Source: a virus
Lineage: Duplodnaviria; Caudoviricetes
IMG/VR virus record: IMGVR_UViG_3300023053_000231
Location: 1-30,774 of that record
DNA length: 30,774 nt
Strand: one strand, 5' to 3'
Part shown: positions 1 through 6,832 of the stretch, one piece after another
How the letters are laid out: every line of letters begins with the position of its first letter
Position numbering within the stretch: the stretch's first letter is position 1
Translations under genes and position numbers: made by a program
The notes under the pieces: generated by a model
Database searches by the model: none
What the model saw: the letters and a program-made list of their open reading frames with translations, nothing else
Told to the model about the DNA's origin: nothing

Positions 1-243
1 TCAGTGGGTGTCGTCTGCGGGCATCGGCGCGCGCTGTCGCTCTCCCGCGCGCTGCCGCATTTCCTCGCGGAACGCTGGCCAGTTCCGGACCAGGTCGCGC
101 ACGCCGCACCAGGCGAAGAAGACGACGCCTGCGGAGAAGGGCAGGAGGAACGAGGCAGCGCCGGTGTAGATGGCGCGCGCGAGCAGCGCCAGCAGCAGGC
201 CGACGATGACGGCGCAGTAGAAGGGCAAGGCCAGGTGGCGCAT
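1..243 (-). CDS. Small hypothetical membrane protein (2 predicted TM segments), early-left operon
   Basis: 80 aa with two hydrophobic stretches; start overlaps upstream stop (TGATG on - strand at 245-241). Confidence 0.7.
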   Translation of the reverse strand: MRHLALPFYCAVIVGLLLALLARAIYTGAASFLLPFSAGVVFFAWCGVRDLVRNWPAFREEMRQRAGERQRAPMPADDTH

Positions 244-458
244 CAGGCTGCTCCGCCTTGCGCGCGCGCTGCGCTGCGGACGGCGGCGACGGCGCCTGCA
301 GCGCTCTGGCCATGCCGCAGGACGGCATTGGCGGCGATGCTTGCTGCGACGACGACCTGATAGGGGAGCAGGCCCCAGCGCTTACCGGCGCGGGCGACGA
401 TGCCTGCGGCGGCTGCCGCGCGCTGTGCCTGGGAGTGGTTGGCGATGACGGCGCTCAC
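243..458 (-). CDS. Hypothetical phage protein (Ala-rich, 71 aa)
   Basis: GTG start overlaps upstream stop (GTGA); ends GGAA like many coupled phage early genes. Confidence 0.7.
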   Translation of the reverse strand: MSAVIANHSQAQRAAAAAGIVARAGKRWGLLPYQVVVAASIAANAVLRHGQSAAGAVAAVRSAARAQGGAA

Positions 459-646
459 GCAGCGGCGCCCTGGCTTTCGTCGCGCAGCTGCTGGGCAGCG
501 GCGATCAGGGCGCGCGCTGCGGCGGTTGCCTCGTCGGCGGTGTAGTAGATCCGGGCGGCGCCGAAGTTCTGGACGACCTTCCCGCTGACCGTGTCAGCCT
601 TGGCGGTGCCGAGGGCGGTTTCGGTGTTGAGGGCCAGAGTGGCCAT
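455..646 (-). CDS. Hypothetical phage protein, first gene of pL transcript (63 aa, MATLALNTET...)
   Basis: ATG at 646 preceded by AGGAG RBS; lies downstream of predicted pL. Confidence 0.75.
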   Translation of the reverse strand: MATLALNTETALGTAKADTVSGKVVQNFGAARIYYTADEATAAARALIAAAQQLRDESQGAAA

Positions 647-698
647 GGTTGATCTCCTGCGCCGCGCCCCGGGATGGGGCGGTATCGGCGACAGGGCA

Positions 699-727
699 AC
701 AATAGCGACGCTATCTAACTGCGTCAA
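699..727 (-). promoter_or_regulatory. pL-like sigma70 promoter: -35 TTGACG, 17 bp, -10 TATTGT
   Basis: Reverse complement of 722-727 (cgtcaa) and 699-704 (acaata), exact 17-bp spacer, overlapped by operators. Confidence 0.75.
702..714. promoter_or_regulatory. Operator oL1 (ATAGC-GAC-GCTAT)
   Basis: Perfect 5-3-5 palindrome matching the oR sites. Confidence 0.8.
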
Positions 728-739
728 CAGCAATGCTAT
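727..739. promoter_or_regulatory. Operator oL2 (ACAGC-AAT-GCTAT)
   Basis: One mismatch to consensus; 25 bp from oL1, the same spacing as oR2-oR1. Confidence 0.75.
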
Positions 740-777
740 CTAAACTTCAATTTGATAATTAACAGGTTCAGGATTTG

Positions 778-806
778 CTGGGGCGAACGGCGGACGCTCA
801 CCCCAG
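778..806 (-). terminator. Hairpin at the 3' end of the repressor operon
   Basis: - strand CTGGGGTGAGCG-TCCGC-CGTTCGCCCCAG (12-bp stem with G-U pairs) just after the stop at 810; no clear U-tract. Confidence 0.45.
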
Positions 807-809
807 TCG

Positions 810-1199
810 TTACCCGTAGCGGCTCCGTAGCAAGCCGGCATCCTCAAACGAAACACCATCGCGGATGCAATCCTGGGCGCGCTCCAAGTCCTTGTGGAGC
901 TGGATGAGATCTTCGTCTGGAAGCTGCTCAATACCTGCGAGTCCGAAGCACGCTTGATCGACAACCACCTGCATCTGCCCGCCCCAGCGGCGCACTAGGT
1001 GGCGAATCATCCTGCAGTGGGACTCGCGCACCATCACATCCATTTTGGTCTGTGCTTCCGCCAGCATCTGTGCGGCGCTGATTTTGTCAGGCCGTGCGGC
1101 GCTTCCTACCGCTGCCAGCTTCGGCTTTACCCCCAGCTTTCGCTGGGCGCGCAAAGCGATCAGTTCCGCCAGCTTGTCCATCTCCCGATCCAGATCCAT
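810..1199 (-). CDS. Hypothetical protein co-transcribed with and overlapping the repressor (129 aa, MDLDREMDKL...)
   Basis: ATG at 1199 preceded by GAAAGGAGGGGGAG; helical, protein-like composition; overlaps the repressor 3' end by 113 nt. Confidence 0.75.
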   Translation of the reverse strand: MDLDREMDKLAELIALRAQRKLGVKPKLAAVGSAARPDKISAAQMLAEAQTKMDVMVRESHCRMIRHLVRRWGGQMQVVVDQACFGLAGIEQLPDEDLIQLHKDLERAQDCIRDGVSFEDAGLLRSRYG

Positions 1200-1620
1200 C
1201 AACAGCTCCCCCCTCCTTTCGCATTTCAGCAGCAAGCGCAACTCGGATTGCTTGGGCGAAAAGATCTGGAGCCTGCTCAACGTCGAATATTTCGCCGGTA
1301 GCCAGACCCAGTGCTTTCCGAGCAACTCCGATGGCGTTGAGAACGATAGCTTCGTTCAGTCGCGATGGTTGCGACACCTGAAAGTGCTCACGAAGTCGTG
1401 CGTACTCGGCACTGACCAAATGTGGTTCGGAGCCTATGACAGCTGCTAGGAGTTCGGCCTTGTCCCAAGGGACCGGGCGATGGCCGCTCGCGAACTGCGA
1501 GATGAAGCCAGGGCTTACGTCCAGGCGCTCCGCCACGGCGGCTTGCGTATGACCTGACGCGGCGAGGGCGCCAGTGATTGCAAGCCCTTCGGGGGTTTTG
1601 GGGTTGGCTGGCCTAGGCAT
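1087..1620 (-). CDS. cI: XRE/CI-like prophage repressor lacking an S24 peptidase domain
   Basis: N-terminal HTH (TQAAVAERLDVSPGFISQFASGHRP); divergent from Cro; flanked by operators. Confidence 0.8.
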   Translation of the reverse strand: MPRPANPKTPEGLAITGALAASGHTQAAVAERLDVSPGFISQFASGHRPVPWDKAELLAAVIGSEPHLVSAEYARLREHFQVSQPSRLNEAIVLNAIGVARKALGLATGEIFDVEQAPDLFAQAIRVALAAEMRKEGGAVDGSGSGDGQAGGTDRFARPAKAGGKAEAGSGRKRRTA

Positions 1621-1633
1621 ATAGCAATGCTAT
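1621..1633. promoter_or_regulatory. Operator oR3 (ATAGC-AAT-GCTAT), overlapping the pRM -10 (TAGCAT on - strand, 1632-1627)
   Basis: Perfect palindrome abutting the repressor start codon. Confidence 0.8.
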
Positions 1634-1655
1634 TTGACTGGGTTCATAGTCGCGA

Positions 1656-1668
1656 TCAGCAGTGCTAT
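1656..1668. promoter_or_regulatory. Operator oR2 (TCAGC-AGT-GCTAT)
   Basis: Near-consensus site next to the weak pRM -35 and the pR -35. Confidence 0.7.
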
Positions 1669-1696
1669 TTACAGGGATAGATAGCACTGCTATGTT
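1668..1696 (+). promoter_or_regulatory. pR-like promoter: -35 TTTACA, 17 bp, -10 TATGTT
   Basis: 1668-1673 and 1691-1696; predicted +1 falls at or near the cro ATG (1703). Confidence 0.75.
1681..1693. promoter_or_regulatory. Operator oR1 (ATAGC-ACT-GCTAT)
   Basis: Perfect palindrome between the pR -35 and -10. Confidence 0.8.
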
Positions 1697-1702
1697 TACC
1701 GC

Positions 1703-2164
1703 ATGACGACGCCAATCCTTAAGGCAATTGAAGTGCTCGGCGGACAAGCCGCCATGGCCCGAACCCTCCGTGTGCATCCGGCGCTCGTGTCCCAATGGGC
1801 TACAGGCCGTCGTCCAGTGGCTGCGCGGCACATTCTGGCTATCGAAGCTGCGGCCGGAGTGTCGCGGCATGTGCTCAGGCCGGATGTGTTTGGTGAAAGC
1901 GAGGACGCCGAAGGGCGCCAAGTAACCAGCAGCAGTGCCACCAAGCGCGCGCTGCGCGCCCGGCTGGGCCTGTCGACGGACAAGCAGCTGGCCAAGGTGC
2001 TGCAGCTGCCGGTCGAGCAGGTGAGCGGCTGGGCAGATGAGGACATTGTCCCGGCCGTGCCGGAGGTGATGAAGCTGCTTGGGCACACAGGGCAGCAGGA
2101 GCCGACCAAGCCCGCCAACGACGACCCCGATGCTGACCGAATAGCCCCGATTGAGGTGGCGTGA
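1703..2164 (+). CDS. cro: Cro/YdaS-like regulator with a second C-terminal HTH-like domain
   Basis: GGQAAMARTLRVHPALVSQWATGRRPV...VSRHVLRPDVFG is a YdaS/Cro motif; second HTH-like segment LGLSTDKQLAKVLQLPVEQVSGW. Confidence 0.8.
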   Translation: MTTPILKAIEVLGGQAAMARTLRVHPALVSQWATGRRPVAARHILAIEAAAGVSRHVLRPDVFGESEDAEGRQVTSSSATKRALRARLGLSTDKQLAKVLQLPVEQVSGWADEDIVPAVPEVMKLLGHTGQQEPTKPANDDPDADRIAPIEVA

Positions 2165-2397
2165 TGGGCTACAGCCGAACCAGGCGCTCGCCAGTGGCGA
2201 CCACTTCAAATCCGTCTGCGTCGGCATTGACGGCGCTGCCGTCTCCCAGCGTGTGCCTTGCCATCCCCTCGACCCAGCTCGGGCCGTCCAGGTCCGAAGT
2301 GTCGATGCGGGTGAAGTGCTTGATGACCCACACCCTGCGGCCGTCCGCGCCGCGAGTTTCGATTTGTTCCGTCTCCATGGAGAACCCCAATGTCTGA
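2161..2397 (+). CDS. Ser/Pro/Thr-rich ORF translationally bridging cro and the next gene (dual-coded with antisense gene)
   Basis: GTGA overlap with the cro stop, GAGGTGG RBS, and its stop overlaps the next ATG (2390); composition is not globular-looking. Confidence 0.45.
   Translation: MMGYSRTRRSPVATTSNPSASALTALPSPSVCLAIPSTQLGPSRSEVSMRVKCLMTHTLRPSAPRVSICSVSMENPNV
2169..2378 (-). CDS. Small antisense hypothetical protein (69 aa, METEQIETRGADGRRVWVIKH...)
   Basis: Protein-like beta-strand pattern and GC3-biased codons; entirely inside the + ORF. Confidence 0.6.
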   Translation of the reverse strand: METEQIETRGADGRRVWVIKHFTRIDTSDLDGPSWVEGMARHTLGDGSAVNADADGFEVVATGERLVRL

Positions 2398-2569
2398 CCA
2401 GACCCCCGAGCAGGCGCGGGAGCACCACCTGTCGCGCATCCGCGAATACGCGGTTCAACACGACCTCGCTGGCGAGGATATCGCACTGATCTTCAACGCG
2501 GGGCTCGCCGCCGCCCGGACCTTGCGGCCCTCGCTTTTCGAACAGGTGGCCACTGGCCGTCATCCCTGA
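2390..2569 (+). CDS. Small hypothetical protein (59 aa, MSDQTPEQAREHHLSRIREYAVQHDLAGEDIALIFNAGLAAARTLRPSLFEQVATGRHP); not in the ORF track
   Basis: GGAG RBS at 2379-2382, ATG 2390, TGA 2567-2569. Confidence 0.7.
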   Translation: MSDQTPEQAREHHLSRIREYAVQHDLAGEDIALIFNAGLAAARTLRPSLFEQVATGRHP

Positions 2570-2652
2570 ATTGTTGATCTCCATGGCGCCAATCGTGCGC
2601 CACCCGAGCACAGCCCGAAACCTTGAAAAACAGTCCCTCCCAAGGTGACCTC

Positions 2653-3183
2653 ATGACCTGCCGCACATCCCCCCTTAGCTGGCTCGACACCCTCTACAAC
2701 GCTGTGCGCGAGACGCCGGGCGGTGTGCAGGCTGCAGCCGCGTACCTGGCACAGCGCCGGGGCAAGTCGATGCACCCCGAGACGCTGCGCGCGAAGCTGC
2801 GCGGCCTTGAAGGCGAATCGGTAACCATCGAAATCGCCGAACTGCTCACCGAGTGGATGCAGGAACAGGTGGGTGGTGCCGACCGCGCGCTGGGTTGGAT
2901 GCAGGCACTGGCCGGCCAGTTCGGCATGGCTGTGGATGTGGTGCCGCCGGCACCGGAGGGCGGCTGGTCGGACGAGATCGCAGCGCTGCAGACCAAGCTG
3001 CTGGAGATCCAGCGCAGCATGGGTGCCCTGTCTGGCACCGCATTGGAGGCGATTGCGGACCAGCAGATCGACAGCGACGAAGCACGGCTGATGCTGGCCG
3101 AGGTCCGTTCGCTGCGCACGATGGCGCACCGCCTGGAGCGCAATATCGCGCGCGCTGCGGCGAAGGGGAGGGCGGTGCGATGA
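2653..3183 (+). CDS. CII-like phage regulatory protein (CP76/YmfL type)
   Basis: Position after cro; N-terminal HTH-like (PGGVQAAAAYLA...PETLRAKL); C-terminal 'AIADQQIDSDEARLM' motif typical of this family. Confidence 0.65.
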   Translation: MTCRTSPLSWLDTLYNAVRETPGGVQAAAAYLAQRRGKSMHPETLRAKLRGLEGESVTIEIAELLTEWMQEQVGGADRALGWMQALAGQFGMAVDVVPPAPEGGWSDEIAALQTKLLEIQRSMGALSGTALEAIADQQIDSDEARLMLAEVRSLRTMAHRLERNIARAAAKGRAVR

Positions 3184-3491
3184 ACCATCCCGCTCGCTCC
3201 ACCGATCCCAGCACCAGCCACGAGGCGGCCAACTACATCGTTGCCACTGGCGTCCAAGGTGACCAGCAAGCCGCAGCAGCTTCCGCCGTGCGTCGCTTCC
3301 CAGGCCTGACCAGCCTCGAACTGGCGAACGAGACGGGCATCTGCCGATACGTGCTCGCTCGCCGCCTTCCCGAACTGGCCGAAACCGGCCGCGTGTGGCG
3401 GGGCCCGAAGAAGCCTTGCCCAATGTCTGGCCGCAGTGCCTGCACCTGGTGGCCGGTGGCCCGGGGCCAGAACATGACGCTGGGGCTCTGA
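3180..3491 (+). CDS. Winged-helix DNA-binding protein
   Basis: ARSTDPSTSHEAA N-terminus plus PGLTSLELA...LARRLPELAETGRV wHTH; ATGA overlap. Confidence 0.7.
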   Translation: MNHPARSTDPSTSHEAANYIVATGVQGDQQAAAASAVRRFPGLTSLELANETGICRYVLARRLPELAETGRVWRGPKKPCPMSGRSACTWWPVARGQNMTLGL

Positions 3492-3492
3492 C

Positions 3493-4386
3493 ATGTCGAC
3501 CATCATCATGTCGCAGTGCTGGCCGCTGCAGGGCCTGAGCGTCACGCAGAAGGCTGTGTTGATCTCGCTGGCTGACCAAGCCAACGACGACGGAGTGTGC
3601 TGGCCGGCGGTGGGCACCATCGCCGCGCGCTGCTGCATGTCGCCGCGTGCTGTCCGCACCGCCATGGATCATCTGGAAGTCGTGGGCCTACTGACCCGCG
3701 ACCGCAGGTTCAACAGCAGCACTGTCTACAACGTCACCCCGGCCAAGTTCGACAAGGCTGCAGCGCCATCGAAGGGCACTCGCAAGGCCGGAAAAGCCGG
3801 TACTGCATCGGGCGCAGGTGCTGCGCCCCGTGCAGGGGGTGCGCCCGATGCAGGTGGGGATGCGCCCCGTGCAGGTGGGGATGCAGCGGGCGCAGGTCTG
3901 GAGGTGCGCCCCGTGCCGCCTAACCATCATATAACCACCAATGAACCGTCAGAAGAACCGTCATCTCCGGCGGGCCTGTCGGCCGCGCCGCCGGTGGTGG
4001 ATCCGGAAACGGAGTTGCAGGCCGCATGCAGGGCGACATGGGCGGCATACGCCAGCGCCTACCGCATCCGCCATGGTGTGGCGCCGGTCCGCAACGCGAA
4101 GGTCAACGCCAACGTGAAGCAGCTGGTGCAGCGGCTCGGGCATGCCGAAGCACCGGCCGTCGCCGGGTGGTTCCTGACCGTCAACGAGCGCTACGTGGTG
4201 CAGAACATGCACGACCTGGGGTCGCTGCTCGCGAAGTGCGAGGCCTACCGCACGCAGTGGGTCACCGGCCGGCAGATGACCGCGACCAGCGCCCAGCAGC
4301 AGGACCAGACCCAGAGCAACGCCAACGCCGCAGACGAGGCCAAGGCCAAGCTGCGCCAGCTGAGGGGGGCGACCAATGCTCACTGA
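3493..4386 (+). CDS. Phage replication initiator (O-like, N-terminal wHTH)
   Basis: QKAVLISLADQANDDGVCWPAVGTIAARC HTH_36-like motif; internal iterons. Confidence 0.85.
   Translation: MSTIIMSQCWPLQGLSVTQKAVLISLADQANDDGVCWPAVGTIAARCCMSPRAVRTAMDHLEVVGLLTRDRRFNSSTVYNVTPAKFDKAAAPSKGTRKAGKAGTASGAGAAPRAGGAPDAGGDAPRAGGDAAGAGLEVRPVPPNHHITTNEPSEEPSSPAGLSAAPPVVDPETELQAACRATWAAYASAYRIRHGVAPVRNAKVNANVKQLVQRLGHAEAPAVAGWFLTVNERYVVQNMHDLGSLLAKCEAYRTQWVTGRQMTATSAQQQDQTQSNANAADEAKAKLRQLRGATNAH
3804..3947. repeat. Putative replication origin: six TGC-N7-GCAGG iterons followed by an A/C-rich, low-G tract
   Basis: Copies at 3804, 3822, 3840, 3861, 3882 and 3905 (last one degenerate), e.g. TGCGCCCCGTGCAGG; then TAACCATCATATAACCACCAATGAACC. 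Confidence 0.7.
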
Positions 4387-5047
4387 CGCCGAGCAGGATC
4401 AGCTGGTGGACATGCTGGCCTCTACTGCCGAGGTCATGGGCGAGAAGATCAGCCCGAACGCGGCGACGTACATGGTGCTGGATCTGGCCACCTATCCGCT
4501 GCGCGTGCTGGCTGAGGCGCTGACCGCCTGCCGCCGCGAGGTAAAGGGCCGGCTGAGCCTGGCCGCGATCATGGAGCGCATTGACGACGGGCACCCGGCA
4601 CCGAACGAAGCGTGGGCTGTGGCGATCCGGGCCGCTGACGAAGCGGCGACCGTGGTATGGACCGAGCAGACCAGGGACGCATGGACGGCGGCGCTGCCGC
4701 TGGTCGAGGAGGGCGACAAGATCGCAGCCCGGCAGGCGTTTCTGGAGGTGTACGCCCGGTTGGTGAAGGGCGCGCGCGCTGTGGGTGGCTGCGCCGTCTA
4801 TCAGCCGTCGCTGGGCCATGACGGGAGTGCCCGCGCCGCAGCGCTGCAGCTGGCGGTGGATGCTGGCCGCTTGGCGCACGAACAGGTAGCCGATCACCTG
4901 GCGCTGCCGCCGGCCACGCCCGCGTTCAATCCGCTGGCCCTGCTCGCCGGCCGAGTGGAGGCGAGCCCGGAAGCGAACGAGCGCACCAAGCAGCGCCTGG
5001 CAGAAATCGCCGAGCTGTTCGGTCCCGCTCAGGACGCGGCGGCATGA
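4376..5047 (+). CDS. Replication accessory protein (P-like/helicase-loader position)
   Basis: Immediately after the initiator; helical; 'HPAPNEAWAVA' motif common in P-position proteins. Confidence 0.55.
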   Translation: MLTDAEQDQLVDMLASTAEVMGEKISPNAATYMVLDLATYPLRVLAEALTACRREVKGRLSLAAIMERIDDGHPAPNEAWAVAIRAADEAATVVWTEQTRDAWTAALPLVEEGDKIAARQAFLEVYARLVKGARAVGGCAVYQPSLGHDGSARAAALQLAVDAGRLAHEQVADHLALPPATPAFNPLALLAGRVEASPEANERTKQRLAEIAELFGPAQDAAA

Positions 5048-5238
5048 GGCAGGACCACGTCGAACTGGAGGTGCGCCCTGTGTCCGAGCCGGTGGCGGTG
5101 GCCGGCTGGTATCTGGCCTATGGCTACGGGATCAAGCCGCTGGTGCTGTACGCCACCCGTGGGGCGACCGTTTGGCGCGATGGTTGCCGGCAGATCCCGA
5201 TCACCCGGTATGCCGGCCCGATTCCGGAGCTGCGCTGA
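5044..5238 (+). CDS. Hypothetical protein (64 aa)
   Basis: ATGA and TGATG overlaps on both sides. Confidence 0.7.
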   Translation: MRQDHVELEVRPVSEPVAVAGWYLAYGYGIKPLVLYATRGATVWRDGCRQIPITRYAGPIPELR

Positions 5239-5603
5239 TGTGGTCGAACGCACCGCCGCCGACGAAGGCAGAGGCAGCGCGCATCGAACTGGCGAAGACG
5301 GGACCGTGCATGGCCTGCCTCGTTCGCTACGCGCAAGGCCTGATGGCGAAGAAGCACGTGGTCTACGGCTGCGAATACAACCACGCCAAGTCGGGGAACA
5401 TCCGGCGCGGCCATTTCTTCGGCTATGCGCTGTGCCAGTGGCATCACCAGCGCTACCGCAGCGAACACATGACGCAGAAGCAAATGGTGGCCCGCTGGGG
5501 CCCACCTCTGCACTGGTCCAAGAGATTCCACGAGGCGTTCGGATCGGACGACGACCTGATCGCACAGCAGACCTACATCAACGAACTGAGGGCGGCAGCA
5601 TGA
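5238..5603 (+). CDS. ref: Ref-like (recombination enhancement, RecA-dependent) HNH-type nuclease
   Basis: CMAC...EYNH...RRGH...LCQWHHQ...SKRFHEAFGSDDDLI motif pattern of the phage P1 Ref family. Confidence 0.7.
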   Translation: MWSNAPPPTKAEAARIELAKTGPCMACLVRYAQGLMAKKHVVYGCEYNHAKSGNIRRGHFFGYALCQWHHQRYRSEHMTQKQMVARWGPPLHWSKRFHEAFGSDDDLIAQQTYINELRAAA

Positions 5604-5803
5604 AGACAACGAAGAAAATGGCGCCGAGGATCAATCCCCAGCGTGCGCCCCGCGAGCGGCGGATGGACCACAACACGGTGTCCCGACCCAAGCGCAGGAA
5701 GCCCGGCGCGTTCGCCGCCGGCCAGACCGAGACGGTGGAGCAGTTCGAGGCCCGTGGCGGGCAGGTGCAGCGCCTTCCGGCCAGCTGGGATCAGGCGGCA
5801 TGA
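5600..5803 (+). CDS. Small basic hypothetical protein (67 aa, ...VEQFEARGGQVQRLP)
   Basis: ATGA overlaps on both sides; FxARGGxI-type motif seen in small phage proteins. Confidence 0.7.
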   Translation: MKTTKKMAPRINPQRAPRERRMDHNTVSRPKRRKPGAFAAGQTETVEQFEARGGQVQRLPASWDQAA

Positions 5804-6063
5804 ACAACCGCCCCTTACTCAACAGCCTGCTGGCCCGATCCGCCGCCGACGGGCGCCTGTCGATCAACGCCGCGCGGGACATTCTCGCTGAATCGGAGTC
5901 ACCTGCTGTGCGGTGGCGTCCCATCGCGGAGGCGCCGCAGGACGGCACGCGGCTGATGCTGTGGGACTCGGTGAGCAAGCGACCGGTGTTCGGCAGCTGG
6001 CGGGGTGACAACCCCAAGATCACGCACTTTGCGGCCGAACCGGGTGGCCCCACCGCGGCCTGA
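5800..6063 (+). CDS. Hypothetical protein with DUF551-like 'WRPIAEAPQDGT...ITHF' domain
   Basis: Motif recognition; ATGA overlap. Confidence 0.7.
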   Translation: MNNRPLLNSLLARSAADGRLSINAARDILAESESPAVRWRPIAEAPQDGTRLMLWDSVSKRPVFGSWRGDNPKITHFAAEPGGPTAA

Positions 6064-6137
6064 TGAACGCAACCAAGAATCCGGCGCGACCGCGCGCTGC
6101 ACGAGCAAACCACCAAGGGGAAGGCGCATGCGAATGA
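6063..6137 (+). CDS. 24-aa bridging peptide MNATKNPARPRAARANHQGEGACE
   Basis: TGATG overlap at 6061-6065 and ATGA overlap with the Q start at 6134-6137. Confidence 0.4.
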   Translation: MNATKNPARPRAARANHQGEGACE

Positions 6138-6832
6138 ACAATGCACGGGAGCTGCTGTCCAGCCGGACGGGCCCAAAGACCATGAGCTTCGATGGGAATG
6201 CGGGCGGCCCGACCACCCAGGAGATCGTGGCCGCACTGGCGTACGTGCCACACGGGCTGGGGCATGAGCTGCTGCAGGCAATGTGGTGGCCCGAGAGTGG
6301 TCAGCGCCGGCGCGAACAGCTGCGCCAGGCCGTCATCGCTTTGGTGGCACCGGAGTTCACCCGCCAGATGCACGAACTGGCCGATGCCCGCACGGAGTTT
6401 GGCATCGCCAAGGCCAGCATGGGCTGGTGCGGCGGGACGGTCACCGATGCACAGCGACGCGAGCTGCGCCGAGCAGAGAAGGCGCTGGGTGACGCGCGCG
6501 CTGCGGCATGGCCGAACAACACGATGGAGCAGCTTGGGGTTCTGGCTGGGGCGGTGATAGCGGAGATGGTCGGGGCATGCGAGTGCGAGCGTTGCGGCGG
6601 CAGGAAGGTTGTTCCAGATCCGGCGGGCGCAGGTGTAGTGAACTGCGGAGACTGCGGCGGGAGTGGCTGCGAGCCCTTGAGCGGCCGAAAGCGCGCCGGC
6701 GCCATCGGGGCGGATTGGTCGGCCTACAGCCGGTTCTGGCGGCCGGTGTATGAGTGGATGCTTGCCAACTTCCGCGCGGCCGAGTCGCGCGCTGCACGGC
6801 AGTTCAGCAAGGCGCTCACGATGACGGCGTAA
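6134..6832 (+). CDS. Q: Late-gene antiterminator Q-like protein with zinc finger
   Basis: CERCGG...CGDCGGSG zinc finger then 'SGRKRAGAIGADWSAYSRFWRPVYE' as in the lambda Q family; directly upstream of terminator and lysis genes. Alternative start at 6128. Confidence 0.75.
   Translation: MNNARELLSSRTGPKTMSFDGNAGGPTTQEIVAALAYVPHGLGHELLQAMWWPESGQRRREQLRQAVIALVAPEFTRQMHELADARTEFGIAKASMGWCGGTVTDAQRRELRRAEKALGDARAAAWPNNTMEQLGVLAGAVIAEMVGACECERCGGRKVVPDPAGAGVVNCGDCGGSGCEPLSGRKRAGAIGADWSAYSRFWRPVYEWMLANFRAAESRAARQFSKALTMTA

Noticed and set aside
687-697. 11-bp match GCCCTGTCGCC between the pL leader (- strand) and 17885-17895
   Set aside because: Such matches are expected by chance in 30 kb of high-GC DNA.
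1200-1325. Longer TTG-start version of the repressor-partner ORF (also upstream extensions of ORFs at 2623, 2853, 5172, 6005, 7177, 11436, 12847, 16710)
   Set aside because: Downstream ATG/GTG starts have RBSs or stop-start overlaps; the extensions run deep into neighbouring genes or lack an RBS.
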